64,000 bases of DNA from Eledone cirrhosa (taxonomy: Eukaryota). Location: the NCBI GenBank assembly GCA_964016885.1, contig OZ024756.1, forward strand, positions 11,842,001 through 11,906,000. Reading direction: 5' to 3'. The translations under genes were made by a program, and so were the position numbers. Positions 11,315-24,997 of the stretch are shown here, one piece after another (the first letter of the stretch is position 1; each line of letters begins with the position of its first letter). The notes beneath the pieces were generated by a model, which saw nothing but the letters and a program-made list of their open reading frames with translations, was not told the origin of the DNA and searched no databases.

Positions 11315-11750
11315 TCGAAGTTTAATAAAGGAATATAATCCATGGGGCTGAAAAGACAGAGAGACAAGAGGTCGGCCACATATTTAGCAGTTTCTAGTTC
11401 AGTCGGCCCCCTTCAAGTATATATATATATATATGATAATAAGGGCGCTGCGGAGTTGCAAATGGGTTACATATGAAAAAAGTTTGTCCTTCATCAGTGA
11501 TCTTCCAACTATCATAGGTATTTCATCGCTTTAAAGACCATATACCTCCGGTTGGTGCAAGCAACGGCTAAAAAAAGTCGTTGGGACACGTAAATAAAGG
11601 GGACGCGAGGGTAAACAAACAAAATGGTTTAGGCAACAGAAAGTGAGGAAGGAGGAAACAAGTCCCAGATTTCTATGAATTTAAGTTCGGTGAAATCGTG
11701 AACGAGAAAATAAAGACCATCAAACCTGGTTGAAATGTGAGCAAGGAAGG

Positions 11751-11786
<36 letters not shown>

Positions 11787-12415
11787 TTGATGATTTCTAA
11801 AGAAGGAAACAGTTCTAGTCCTGTAAAATCTCATCTATATTAAAAATTATATATATATATATCATTAACATTTAACTAAATAGTGACGGTGTGGATGTAT
11901 GTGTGTGTGTGTGTAGATGGGTGTGTGTGTGGATGGATATATGTATGTGTGGATGGGTGTGTGTGTGGGTGGCTATATGTATGTATGTGTGGATGTGTGT
12001 GTGTGGATGGATGTTTGTGTGTGTGTGTGGATGTATGTTTGTGTGTGGATGTGTGTGTGTGTGTAGATGTATGTGTGTGTGTGGATGGATGTATGTGTGT
12101 GTGTGGATGTATGCGTGTGTATATATACCATGTAAGTTTGTGCTACTGGTGCTATGACAAAAAGCATGCAGGCCATGCTGTAAGCTGGTGGTGCCATGAA
12201 AAAGCTGCCAGTATCTGCTGTATAGTGGTTGGTGTTAGGAGAGGCATCCAACCATAGACAGGCCCAGTCCTCCCTCAAAACCCCAGCATATGAACAATGT
12301 GTGGTCACTTGGTCCATCTAACCTCAGTACATGATAGCTTGTCTAACTGATGGAAGCATGGGAAAAGACTTCTATGATGGCCTCATTCTCTCCAGCAAAT
12401 TTAATACGTATTTTG

Positions 12416-13083
12416 GACCGAGACCTTTGGCGGTACTCAGTAATAGAGAAGACCCACCTTACCTGAATACAAAGTAAAACCTACTACAGTCAGTAGGCAT
12501 CTCTAACAAAATACACCCCCGTCCCACCACCCCCACCTCATCCACACCGCCCCCTTCTATGTAAAGTTATGTTGGTGCCACACCATCCAGGCCGAAACAA
12601 ATGAGATCGTGTAGGTGTCATGACAAAAAAACACACAGTCCACGCTGTAATGTGGCCGTGTAGGCAACACGGTAAAAACCTCCCAGCCCCACACTGTAAA
12701 TCTGGTTGGTGTTAGGAAGGGCATGCAGCCGTAGAAAACCCGCCAGACAGTCCACGCTGTAATGTGGCCGTGTAGGCAACACAGTAAAAACCTCCCAGCC
12801 CCACACTGTAAATGTGGTTGGTGTTAGGAAGGGCATGCAGCCGTAGAAAACCCGCCAGACAGTCCACGCTGTAATGTGGCCGTGTAGGCAACACAGTAAA
12901 AACCTCCCAGCCCCACACTGTAAATGTGGTTGGTGTTAGGAAGGGCATCCAGCTGTAGAAAACCCGCCAGACAGTCCTATGCGAGCAAGACAATCACTCT
13001 TGCCTCAAGTGGGAAAACCCCCGTCCAAACCCATGCAAGCGTGGAACAGGGACATTAAACGTTGATGATGATGATGATGATGA
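12416..13083 (+). mobile_element. RTE-A 3' fragment with a 112-bp tandem triplication in its 3' UTR
   Basis: DRDLWRYSVIEKTHLT* matches the end of the intact ORF. Units start at 12636, 12748 and 12860. Ends in a (GAT)n tail. Confidence 0.9.
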
Positions 13084-13644
13084 TTTTTCTCATTACCAGT
13101 TTCAACAAATAGGAAATGTTGAGATGCTGGAGGCTAAAATGTTTGGTCAGTCTTACAAGAATGTTTGGAAAGAGTTAATGTTATATATTGTTGCTAGTGA
13201 CATCAAAAAGCTGTAGGAAGTCTGTAGACTAACTAATGGAGAAAATATTCATTTTTCTCCATTAGTCTAGAAACTTCTAATCTTACATAACATACTAATA
13301 CATATTTATTAGAAACTGTTCTAGCACATGTTGTTATTGTTATTGTTGTTGTTGTTGATTTCTAAATTAAGCACAAGGACAACACTTTCGGTGGCCGAGG
13401 AAAGTGGATAACACCAGCCCCAGTACTTAACTGGTACTCTATGTTTTTTTTACAACCCTGAAAACATGAAAAGCAAATCATCATCATCATCATCATCATC
13501 ATTATCACCAACACCACCATCATTATCACCACCATCACCATCATCACCATCATCACCAACACCATCACCATCGTCACCACAATTATCACTACCACCATCA
13601 TCACCACCACCACCATCATCATCACCACCATCATTATCGCCATC

Positions 13645-13678
<34 letters not shown>

Positions 13679-14650
13679 CCACCAACACCATCATTATCAC
13701 CACCAGCAACACCACTACCACCACCAACACCATCATTATCACCATCACCATCACCACCATCATCATCACCATCATCATGTTCTTCATTGTTTAATGTCTG
13801 TCTTCCTTGTTAGCAGGGTTTGAACTTCTGATATTAATCAATTTGTGTATGTATGTATGTGTGATAGTGTGTGTGTGTGTGATAGTGTGTGTGTGTGGTA
13901 GCGTGTATGTGTGATAGTGTGTATATGTGATAGCGTGTGTGTGTATGTATGTGATAGTGTGTGTGTGTATGTATGTATGTGTGATAGCGTGTGTGTGTGT
14001 GTGTATGTGTGATAGTGTGTGTACGTATGTGTGATAGTGTGTATGTATGTATGTATGATAGTGTGTGTGTGTGTATTTTATTAATATCAACATCTGGACT
14101 GTATTTCTATCAGAGATCAAACTAAGTGAGATGTTCATGTAGGGAGGAGGAAGAGGAAGGGGAGGGGGGGGTTAAGATTTCATCTCTGAAGAAGAGCTTA
14201 ATTGTCCGAAAAATTCTGATCGTATTTAACGACAACTAATGTCAAACATTTTGAGATTTGTCCTCTTAAGTAATAAAGGTAAATCGTTTATTATTTATTA
14301 ATTAATCTTCATAAAATTGCTGCTTCTGCTGCTGCATTCATTTCTCTCCGTTTTCACCTCCATCCTCTTTACCTCCCTCCACTTCCCTCCCTCCTGCCTC
14401 TTCACCTTCCCCTTTAACTCCCACCTCCCTCACTCCTCTTCAACTCTCCCGCCACACCTCTCCTTCTCATTTCACTCCTCACCCCATTCCTCATCTCCTA
14501 CCCCTCCTCGCAGGTAAGAGAGTTGACTGCTATGTCTAGCAGCTCAAGTGGCCACATAACTCCCTGGTCGTCTCATTCAGATAAGGGTTGTCATGAGAGA
14601 AGATAATGTGTGTTCTTCATATTACTCTATATGTATGTTATGTTGGCACA

Positions 14651-14992
14651 TGGAGGCACATGGCTTAGTGGTTAGAGCATTGGCCTTGCAATCGAAAGGT
14701 TGTGAGTTCAATTCTCAGACCGGGTGATGTGTTGTTTCCTTGAGCAAGACACTTTATTTCACATTGCTCCAGTTTACTCAGCTGTAGAAATGAGATGATA
14801 GGGACTGGGGTCCATATCATTCCACTGCAAAGTGGTCGTGGAGGTGCCATGGCAAAAAAGTTCCCAGCACTCACTGTAAATGAGGTTGGTGTTAGGAAGG
14901 GCATCCAGCTGTAGAAATCAAGCCAGAATCAGTTCCCGTCCCACCCTTGCAAGCAAGGAAAAAGCGGACGTAAAATGATGATGATGATGATG
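14651..14992 (+). mobile_element. tRNA-derived CORE-like SINE 'A' (representative copy)
   Basis: Box A TGGCTTAGTGG, box B GTTCAATTC, CORE-like CCTTGAGCAAGACACTT, RTE-derived tail and (GAT)n. Confidence 0.9.
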
Positions 14993-15055
14993 TTGTGAGT
15001 GTCTATATGTGTGATATATTCCCATAGTCTGATATTGTGTTTGTATGTTATACTA

Positions 15056-15402
15056 TGAAGGCGCATGGCTTAGTGGTTAGAGCATTGGGCTTGCAATCGA
15101 AAGGTTGTGAGTTCAATTCTTGGACCGGGTGATGTGTTGTTTCTTTCAGCAAGACACTTTATTTCACATTGCTCCAGTTTACTCACTGCAAAGTGGACGT
15201 GTAGGCGCCACGAAAAGCACCCAGCACTCACTGTAAATGAGGTTGGTGTTAGGAAGGTCATCCTGCTGTAGAAATCAAGCCAGAATCAGTTCCTGTATGA
15301 GCAAGACAAGGTCAGCCGACTGGACACTGCCCACAACAGGACAACCCATTAACCCATGCTAGCGTGGAAGAACGGACGTAAAACGGTGATGATAATGATG
15401 AT
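15056..15402 (+). mobile_element. SINE A variant carrying the RTE-B terminus
   Basis: Same head and core, but ends ...GGACACTGCCCACAACAGG...CCCATGCTAGCGTGGAAGAACGGACG(GAT)n. Confidence 0.88.
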
Positions 15403-15684
15403 CACTGTGAGAGTATGTCTGACATTGTGTATGTATGATATAATGTGTCTCTGACATTGTGTATGTATGATATATTGTGAGAGTTCTATTGCTGTAGAAA
15501 TGTTGTGTGTTATATTGCAGTAATAAAGTATAATTACCACTAGAAGTAATAAAACACTTTATTACTAGGATAAAAAAATATAATTATAAAAGCACTGTTT
15601 ATAATTTGAATCTAGCGCTTTCATCTTTCAAGAGACTAATCAAGTTTTAGTTGTTACTAAATGGGTAGTCAAACTAGCAACAGG

Positions 15685-15905
15685 TGGCACTCTTGAGCAA
15701 GCCACTTTATATCATATCAGTCTTGTCCACCCAGTTAGCAAAAAAGAGTTGTACCTGTAGTTCAAGGGGCCAACCTTGTCACACACTCTGTCATACTGAA
15801 TCTCCCTGAGAATTACATTAAGGGTATACATACGTGTCTGTTGAATGCTCAAACATGTATATGTTAATTTCACAAGCAGGTAGTTCTGTTAATTGAATCA
15901 GCTGG
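15685..15905 (+). mobile_element. Old degenerate CORE-like SINE; a related copy lies at 44890-45030 (-)
   Basis: CTTGAGCAAGCCACTTTA core plus TGAATCTCC..GAG..TACATTAAGGGTA.ACAT, shared in reverse with 44895-44930. Confidence 0.5.
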
Positions 15906-15974
15906 AGCAGTCAGAAACAATGGAGAGCCGATATATATATGATATTGCCAACCATGTACTTCTGATAAGCTGTA

Positions 15975-16672
15975 CATTTGTAATATTACTGTAGTATATG
16001 TATAACACTGCTGTGTCTGATGGTCCATATATTTATAATATAACTGTAGTATTTGTATGATATATCTTGTTGTATGTGTCTGATGGTCCATATATTTGTA
16101 ATATAACTGTAGTATATGTATGATATAGCTTGTATGTGTCTGATGGTCCATATATTTGTAATATAACTGTAGCATATGTATGATATATCTTGTGTCTGAT
16201 GGTCCATATATTTGTAATATAACTGTAGCATATGTATGATATATCTTGTATGTGTCTGATGGTCCATATATTTGTAATATAACTGTAGCATATGTATGAT
16301 ATATCTTGTATGTGTCTGATGGTCCATATATTTGTAATATAACTGTAGTATATGTATGATATATCTTGTTGTATGTGTCTGATGGTCCATATATTTGTAA
16401 TATAACTGTAGCATATGTATGATATATCTTGTGTCTGATGGTCCATATATTTGTAATATAACTGTAGCATATGTATGATATATCTTGTATGTGTCTGATG
16501 GTCCATATATTTGTAATATTACTGTAGCATATGTATGATATATCTTGTATGTGTCTGATGGTCCATATATTTGTAATATTACTGTAGCATATGTATGATA
16601 TATCTTGTATGTGTCTGATGGTCCATATATTTGTAATATAACTGTCATATATGTATGATATATCTTGTGTGT
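15975..16672. repeat. 56-63-bp minisatellite, ~11 copies
   Basis: GTCTGATGGTCCATATATTTGTAATATAACTGTAGCATATGTATGATATATCTTGTATGT. Confidence 0.95.
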
Positions 16673-19600
16673 TTCTCTGATATGACTATTATTATATACT
16701 ATGATATTACGAATGCTGTCTATTGATGTCAAGTTTGTCCAGTTCCTATTCATCATGGAAAGCAAAGTTCTCTAAGAGAAATACAGACTTAAAACACCAC
16801 CTCCATTGTTTATTGTGTTATTATTGTAGACTAAATAAAGAGCGCCACCCTTCAAACAAAATTGATTGTAACCCATTGACACCTGTGCAACGATGACAGC
16901 GAAATAACCAGGTTTAAATATTAATAGTATGTGCGTTTTTATTTGCCTCAAATGAAGTTTATTGCAGAATAAGTATAAAAGATCTGAGACTGACAAAATC
17001 ATTGCTCCTTATACAAGACTATCATGCTACTTTTCACATATATTTTATATATGTATTTTATTTCACACATTACCTTATTCCATTCTAGAAATAATATATG
17101 TATGTGTATACATATACATATATTATTTATGTATGTATATATGTATATGTATGTATATATGTATATGTATGTATATATATGTATATGTATGTATATATAT
17201 GTATATGTATGTATATATATGTATATGTATGTATATATATGTATATGTATGTATATATGTATATGTATGTATATATGTATATGTATGTATATATGTATAT
17301 GTATGTATATATGTATGTATATATGTATATGAATGTATATATGTATATGAATGTATATATGTATATGTATGTATATATGTATATGTATGTATATATGTAT
17401 ATATATATATGTATATGTATGTATATATATATGTATATATGTATATGTATGTATATATGTATATGTATGTATATATGTATGTATATATGTATATATGTGT
17501 ATATATTTTGGTGGGTATATTGCAGACCAAAAGGAATATAGGAAATTTTGTTTTTGCTTTTCTTGTTTTATGAATAAAAAATAAATAGCTGGACATTTGC
17601 AAACTTATTTTGTATAATGGAAAAAAAAAAGAGAAAAGAAAAATAGAACCTCTTTGAAGCTTTTGAGTTTACACACACATACACACATATATACACACAC
17701 ACACACATACATATACATATATACACAAACACATACATATATACACACACACATACATATATACACACACACACTTATACACACACACACACATATACAC
17801 ACACTCACTGTATGGTAATATAGATCTCTATTGTATATTCTGTCTATTAGCATCTCATATAACACCGCCACTGCCATCACCACTACTAACACCACCACCA
17901 CTACCACTACCAATACCACCAACACTGCCACCACCACTACTACTAACACCACTGCCATCCATACCAATACGACCCACTACCACCAACACCACCACCACTA
18001 ACACTGCCCACACCACCACCACTACCATCCATACCAATACCACCCAGCACTACTATCAACACTGCCACCACTACTACTAACACTGCCACCACCACGCACC
18101 ACCAACACTACCACCACTACCACCAACACCACCACCACTACTATTACCAATACCACCTACCACCAACACCAATACTACCAACCACGACTACTACCACCAA
18201 TACCACCCACACCACCACTACTGCCAACACTACCACCACCCACCACCACCACCAACACCACCACCACCACTACTACCAACTCTTCCACCACTACCACCAA
18301 TACTACCCACTACTACTACCACCAATAACACCCACTACTACCACTACTAGCAACACTTCCACCACCACCACTACTAGCAACACTTCCAACACCACCACCA
18401 CCACTACTAGCAACACTTCCACCACCACCAACACCACCCTGTGACTGAAGTAACTATCATTGCTTAACATTCAGCTCTAAACACATCTTTCTACTTTTAC
18501 CATACTTTCACTGCGGCTGTTATTATGAGTTTGACGTTATTCTTGACACCCACCTGCCCTTCAAAAATCACCAAAGTTAAAGCTCTGATCTTTCGCCCTC
18601 AAAAATAAGTAAATAAATAGATAGATAGCTATAAAAGCGAGTATGTCCTTCTACTATGGACATGAAAGAGTTAGCGCCATCTGCAGCAGGAATTTTTATT
18701 GCATAATAATAGCAATTGTCGACAACATTGAGGCCTGGTCTTTGCAGTTGTTGTGTGCAATATTTCGCTAATTAGCTATCCTCTGATATTCTTCAGGCAT
18801 TCACAAGTCAAGCAGAACATAGAAAATTTGCTGTTGTGTTGTTCAGCAGATGAATAGAACTTGTAGAATATTAAGTAATTAAGGATGAGAGAGAGAGAGA
18901 GAGAGATATAATGTAACCTTAATTAACTGGTCTTTATAGTTTTGGTAGTTCCAATAGGTTTCTACTAACACACACATAATCAGCATTATTTTCAGTTGGC
19001 ATGGCTTCTAAATTTACCATTTCACTGCATGGCGCTTGAGAAGTGCTTTGCTACTTTTTTTGTGATTTTTTTCTTCTCTATTGCAAATGATTTGAGAACT
19101 ATTTTGAAATAGTTGAAACCAAGTTTGAATTTAAATTAATAACCAAAATGACTGATGAATAACGATTAATAAAAAGGCAACAAAGATTATAATTATCTAG
19201 AATACTATCTTCAATCATCAGAGAGTATATATTGCCATTTACAGCCCATTAGAATACTATCTTCAATCATTAGAGAGAACCAGCAGAAAAACCACCACCC
19301 TTCAGGTGGTTTTCTGCTAGCATGTGTAGTGTGTATATTGATATTATACGCAAGTATATATACATATAGATATGATATATCAAATAAAATCGTAATTGAC
19401 AATATACACAGAAATTGAACGAAGACTGCGTTACACTGTTTTATGTAATCAGTAACGTAATCCATTGACGGAAATATATGACTGTTTATTTAAGCGTTCG
19501 CTAACCGGAAGAGTTGACATTTGAAAATTTTAAAGAAGTGAATCTTAAAATAAGCGACAAAATTATTTATATTTAATCAAGAATAACGAAATTTAGTAGA

Positions 19601-19856
19601 TAAATTATGTAATATTCATTCGAGGTTAACTTTGCCTTTCATCCTTACGGGGGTCGATAAAATAAAGTACCAGTAATGCACTGTATAATTTCTGGCCTTG
19701 TGCCAAAAGTAGAAACAATTATTTATTCAAAGTAATCCAACTTATTTTACAAACGGGATAAAAAAATATATTCTGGACACTGTCCCGCACTCCTTACTTT
19801 ATTATAGTTTATATGTATTGCCATTTACGGCCCATTAGAATACTTATATGTACGAA

Positions 19857-19934
19857 GCTGTCTGATGAGATCTTGACACTGGGTACTACGCCGAATCATG
19901 TGACCACTGTCATTATCGAAATATGTATCATGGC
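19857..19934 (+). ncRNA. Type I hammerhead ribozyme motif
   Basis: GCTGT CTGATGA GAT..TGACA...TGTCA..ATC GAA ATA-TG-TAT C ATGGC, with AATAAA 7 nt later. Confidence 0.65.
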
Positions 19935-20434
19935 CTTATCAATAAAGGACTTTATCACCTAAACTTCCTTATTCATATTTGCTTATTCTATATATATATG
20001 TTGCTCTTAAGCTGCTCTCTAATCACATACACATGGATTCTCTTGATAATGGATGGTAAATCCGAAAATATTTGACATCAATAAAATTGCTAAGGTAAAA
20101 TTCTACCATTCTCACTCTTTTCTCAGTCCTTTTTATTTGCTACAACTCCTGTTACCTTGGCACTTTTAATCTCACATACATTGTCAGGCTTCCAAATATT
20201 TAAACTTATTTAAATTTGTATTTCTTATTCCACAATGTCAAGCAAACTACAACACTTTGTTTTATATATATATATATATATATATAGATTTTGAGTTTAT
20301 GTTGGTTGTATACCAACACTTCAGTATGCAGGCTGGAGCACTCGACGAAGTGCGCAGGTTGGTTTGGTTACTCCGGAGTAGTGTAAAATAAAGTTAAATA
20401 AAAGTCAAATGATTAAAATTTAGCTTCGTTTATT

Positions 20435-20489
20435 ACTGCTATATATATTTCAGTGACAGCCATCTTTGGCTGTGACCTCTTCAGGCAGT
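20435..20489 (-). ncRNA. Type I hammerhead ribozyme motif
   Basis: ACTGC CTGAAGA GGT-C-ACAGCC/GGCTGT-C-ACT GAA ATA-TA-TAT A GCAGT, then AATAAA. Confidence 0.75.
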
Positions 20490-20883
20490 TTGAATTAGTA
20501 TGGTATAGACAAGTACATATGTTGTTTAGGTGTATGATATTGTCAATACTCTGATATGCCCAGTTCCTTGCTGGGTTGTTAATTCACTGGGGAACTGGAG
20601 TCATATGAATTCAAACAAACGAATTTTCGTGTCACAGGTCCCCTTCTCCTCTCATTGGTCAGTTATTAGTGTTGTCATTGTTGGAGTTAGCTTAAAAATT
20701 GATAAAATGGTAGAAGGGACAAGGTGTTGTGAACAATGGGAAGTTTGACACATTTTTTGATATTTTGTTCCTTCAACACCTTGTCCCTTGTGAAAGCCAA
20801 CTCAAACCAAACTGAGTGTGTTTTATTATTATTTCTGGCAATATTATAACAATATGACTCTCCCCAAATATAACAATACACAC

Positions 20884-20939
<56 letters not shown>

Positions 20940-21651
20940 TTATGTACGTACCTATGTTAGTATATGTCTGAACGATCCCTGCCTATTTATCCAACTGATG
21001 TCAGCCTGAAAAGCAGGCATATAATGATAATGATGATGATGTGTGTATCCGACAGTTGTCAAGGTTTATTATTATCTAAAATCACAGTAAATAGACTATG
21101 TTATTGATAAATAGCTTTAAAAACAAGCTGGCAGTCTTCAGTAGCTCTAGGAATGTTTAATCACTCAGAATTCTTGTGTCCAAACCATACAGTAAAATGG
21201 TTTAACCCTGTTGAGACCAAACTGCTTAAAACTGCTGCTGGTTCTATGAAACGAAGTTGTTCATTTTAAAGTGTTCATATTTATTTACAAAATCGTCTGT
21301 CACAATTATATATAACAACCTTTGTTAAGTTATATTCCCAAAACCGGCCATATCCGGCCAGAATTCTCTCGCGTCTTTCTGTTCAAACTGGCCATAACCA
21401 GTCACTCATATTTATGTTCAGGTATTGTTCTCAAAATACATAATATCAAAAATCTCATAGATTCAATATTATGTGAGATATTATGTAAGATAAAGCCATT
21501 ACTGTGAAAATATAATAGTATATATAGGATAATGTAAATATTATGTGAGGTAAAGCCTTTACTGTGAAAATATAAGTGTATATAGAGTTATGTAAATGTT
21601 ATGTGAGGTAAAGCCTTTACTGTGAAAATATAATTGTATATATAAAAAACA

Positions 21652-21928
21652 AGTCTGTCTTAAGCCAGAAGGCTCATTTGGCCGGTGCTTATCCGGGTTT
21701 CATGGCGTGAAGTGACTGAGAGTACAAGACTCCCCCCCCTGGACAGGACGCCAGTCCATCGAAGGGTTAAACCTCCAGTTATTGCTGGTACTCATTTTCA
21801 GCTGTGTATACTGAAGCAACGTGAAATGAAGTGTTTTGCTCAAGAACACAACACGCAACCCAGGAATCGAACCCACGACATTATGATCGTAAGTCCAACA
21901 CTCTTACCACTAGGCCACGTGCCTCCAC
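21652..21928 (-). mobile_element. tRNA-derived CORE-like SINE 'C'
   Basis: Minus strand: TGGCCTAGTGG (box A), GGTTCGATTCC (box B), TTCTTGAGCAAAACACTT (core), GATGGACTGGCGTCCTGTCCAGGG, tail GGATAAGCACCGGCC...AGAC. Inserted in TATATA of a MITE. Confidence 0.82.
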
Positions 21929-22001
21929 TATATAGAGTAATGTAAATATTATGTAAGATATAGCCTTTACTGTGAAAATATAATAGTATATATGGAGTAA
22001 T

Positions 22002-22186
22002 TGTTTCTACTTTAGGCACAAGGCCAGCAATTACCCAGTGCATTACTGGTACTTTATTTTATCGACCCCGTAAGGATGAAAGGCAAAGTCAACCTCGGCG
22101 GGATTTGAACTCAGATCGTAAAGGGACGTAACTATGCTGGAACGCATGACGTCCGACCCTCTACCGATACTGCCAATCCACCGCCC
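22002..22186 (-). mobile_element. SINE B copy with 19-bp TSD, nested in a MITE
   Basis: TSD ATAGTATATAT(G/A)GAGTAAT at 21983-22001 and 22187-22205. Confidence 0.88.
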
Positions 22187-22900
22187 ATAGTATATATAGA
22201 GTAATGTAAATGCTAAAGGGTTAATAATGAGAAAATTTGGTATGTTATTAAATTCTTGATTATTTTCAAATTTGTATGAAAATAAACAGTAATGTCTTCC
22301 GTCAAAAATATTGTAGCACATATATATGTATGTACATACATATATATACAGATACATGGTCACATACAGACATTTATTTATACGTACATATTTGTAGATA
22401 TTCTCACACACACACACACACACATTTATACATTTAGTTGTCCGTGTGTGTATGTGTGTGCGTGTGACTACATTTATGTGCATGCATCTATGTGTTTGTC
22501 TCTAACTGTGCACGTCTATCTGTGTGTCTGTGTGCGTGTGTATGTATATGTGTGTGTACCTTTATGTATGAGAATGTGCATGAATGTATATATGTCTGGG
22601 TGTCTGCTTGAATGAACACGTGTATGAATGTGTGTGTATGCACACGTGTACCTCTGTGTGTCTACTTGAATGGGCATGTGTATGCATGTATATGTGTATC
22701 TTTGGGCACTGTGTGTCTGTAAGTGTGTGTGTGTGTATGTGAAAGCTATAAAGATGTGCAACAGAGACCCGAAAGGTACAAAGTCATATTCTACCTTTGT
22801 TCTTCACCATTTCTTAATGCTGTCTATTTTTCTATTTTCTCAACATTTTTGCTGGGCTAACTTATATATATTGATTATATATACATAGTCTGTTCTGTTC

Positions 22901-22976
<76 letters not shown>

Positions 22977-22978
<2 letters not shown>

Positions 22979-23314
22979 TTTCATCATTTCATTTTACGTC
23001 CGCTTTTCCCTGCTTGCAAGGGTGGGACGGGAACTGATTCTGGCTTGATTTCTACAGCTGGATGCCCTCCCTAACACCAACCTCATTTACAGTGAGTGCT
23101 GGGTGCTTTTTTTCCGTGGCACCTCCACGACCACTTTACAGTGGAATGATAGGGACCCCAGTGCCTATCATCTCATTTCTACAGCTGAGTAAACTGGAGC
23201 AATGTGAAATAAAGTGTCTTGCTCAAGGAAACAACACATCACCTGGTCTGAGAATTGAACTCACAACCTTTTGATTGCAAGGCCAATGCTCTAACCACTA
23301 AGCCATGTGCCTCC
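22977..23314 (-). mobile_element. SINE A copy
   Basis: Full-length match, flanked by (TA)n. Confidence 0.88.
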
Positions 23315-23912
23315 ATATATATATATAAATGAAGTAATTCCGTCGGAAAAGTCCAGGAAAAAAGAGTGCTCTATGTAGGTAACAGAGCTTAATAGTTATG
23401 TAATAAACAACATAAGGCAATTATTTAATTTACCAGTGGTTTCTTAAAAGCAAAAAAATTTCGCTTTCAATCATAAGAATGAAAAAATCCTGGCGTATTT
23501 ATTGACGTTGGATTTTAAAAACAAAAATGCAATCTATATGAAAGTGAGGCTGGAAAAGGAAGAAGGAAAGGAAAAATAAAATAAAAACACACATGCAAAC
23601 ACACACACACACACACAATTATATACATACACACATACATACACACACACATATAAATATCAACATATCCATACATACACATGCATACATACGCATGCAC
23701 AAAAATAGAAATATATACACACACCTCTACATACTCACACACACAAATAAATATAAGAAAAAAATATATATAATAATAAAAAACATATAAAAGAAAATAA
23801 AGACTATTATAATGTTGACAGCGACACAGGCAACAAATAAATGAACAAACACACGTGGTAAGCAATACACACAAATGCACGTACACATACATAAATATAT
23901 ATATATATATAT

Positions 23913-24135
23913 AGTTAAATAAGATAACAAGGACGATTGGTTACTCCTTCATTACGTTTATTGGTTGGTGACGCGTGTTTTGCCACTGACCTGTTCACGG
24001 TTCGATCTGTATCGATCTGACCTGACTCTGTAAACAGACCCCTTGTAATGTTAATGGAAGATTAGTGGCGAAACGCGCGTCACCAGCCAATAGACGTAAT
24101 GAAGGAGTAACCAATCGTCCTTATCTTATTTAACT
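23913..24135. repeat. Inverted repeat (~72-bp arms) with GAAACGCGCGTC motif, pLTR-like
   Basis: AGTTAAATAAGATAA..GGACGATTGGTTACTCC...GGAGTAACCAATCGTCC..TTATCTTATTTAACT. Confidence 0.8.
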
Positions 24136-24237
24136 GTAATACACTCTGTCTAGCTCTACACCTCGACATTGAAGTGAACCTAAACATCGAGTGCTCACCC
24201 GGGTGAACCTACAGTAACTCCAAGTTACACTCCCTGG

Positions 24238-24589
24238 ATCATCATCATCATCATCATTTCATTTTACGTCTGCTTTTTCCCTGCTTGCAAGGGTGGGACG
24301 GGAACTGATGCTGGCTTGATTTCTACAGCTGGATGCCCTTCCTAACACCAACCTCATTTACAGTGAGTGCTGGGTGCTTTTTTTTTTCCGTGGCACCTAC
24401 ACGACCACTTTACAGTGGAATGATAGGGAGCCCAGTCCCTATCATCTCATTTCTACAGCTGAGTAAACTGGGACAATGTGAAATAAAGTGTCTTGCTCAA
24501 GGAAACAACACATCACCCAGTCTGAGAATTGAACTCACAACCTTTCGATTGCAAGGCCAATGCTCTAACCACTAAGCCATGTGCCTCCA
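24238..24589 (-). mobile_element. SINE A copy
   Basis: Full-length match. Confidence 0.88.
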
Positions 24590-24879
24590 TGATATATATT
24601 TATATATATGTGTGTGTATATATAAATAAATAAATATATATACACCACTTCTATCTATATTAAATCTGTATTTTTGACCGTTGGTCAGTCAATGATAAAC
24701 ATTGAGGATCAAATGAATTAACTGATATAAAAGACACAAGCAAAAACCAACCAAACAGTGAGTGTGTTCTGTTATTAATTCTGGCAATATTATTACAACA
24801 TGATCCTCCCCAAGTATAACAATATTTGTTTCGACACGATTTCATATCAAAAACCTCGCAAAACAAATATATATATATA

Positions 24880-24990
24880 CATATCACACTGAAAACACCG
24901 GTTCTCGTCCGATCACCGAAGTTAAGCAACGTCGAGCCTAGTTAGTACTTAGATGGGTGACAGCTTGGGAACCCTAGGTGCTGTAAGCGT
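24880..24990 (+). pseudogene. 5S rRNA: 5S rRNA copy lacking ~9 5' nt, fused to an RTE 3' end
   Basis: CATATCACACTGAAAACACCGGTTCTCGTCCGATCACCGAAGTTAAGC...GTTAGTACTTAGATGGGTGAC...GGTGCTGTAAGC is recognisable metazoan 5S with internal box A and box C regions. Single copy, not an array. Confidence 0.9.
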
Positions 24991-24997
24991 TTAATTT

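Larger units (their letters stand above)
21341..22224 (+). mobile_element. MITE copy with internal ~58-bp tandem repeats and two nested SINEs
   Basis: Matches 39138-39344 and ends GCTAAAGGGTTAA. Confidence 0.8.

Noticed and set aside
12400-12420. Internally deleted RTE-A joining 5' UTR to 3' end
   Set aside because: Similarity to 6470-6500 is only a short, gapped AT-rich match.
14180-14240. Additional hammerhead (CTGAAGA...GAAA)
   Set aside because: Stems I and II do not pair convincingly; similar weak hits at 31797 and 51460 were also dropped.
14651-14725. tRNA genes (tRNA-like heads with A/B boxes)
   Set aside because: No pairing acceptor stem, and each continues into a SINE body; these are SINE heads.
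24880-24990. Functional 5S rRNA gene
   Set aside because: Missing the 5' strand of helix I, no clean T4+ terminator, solitary, and joined to a LINE tail.
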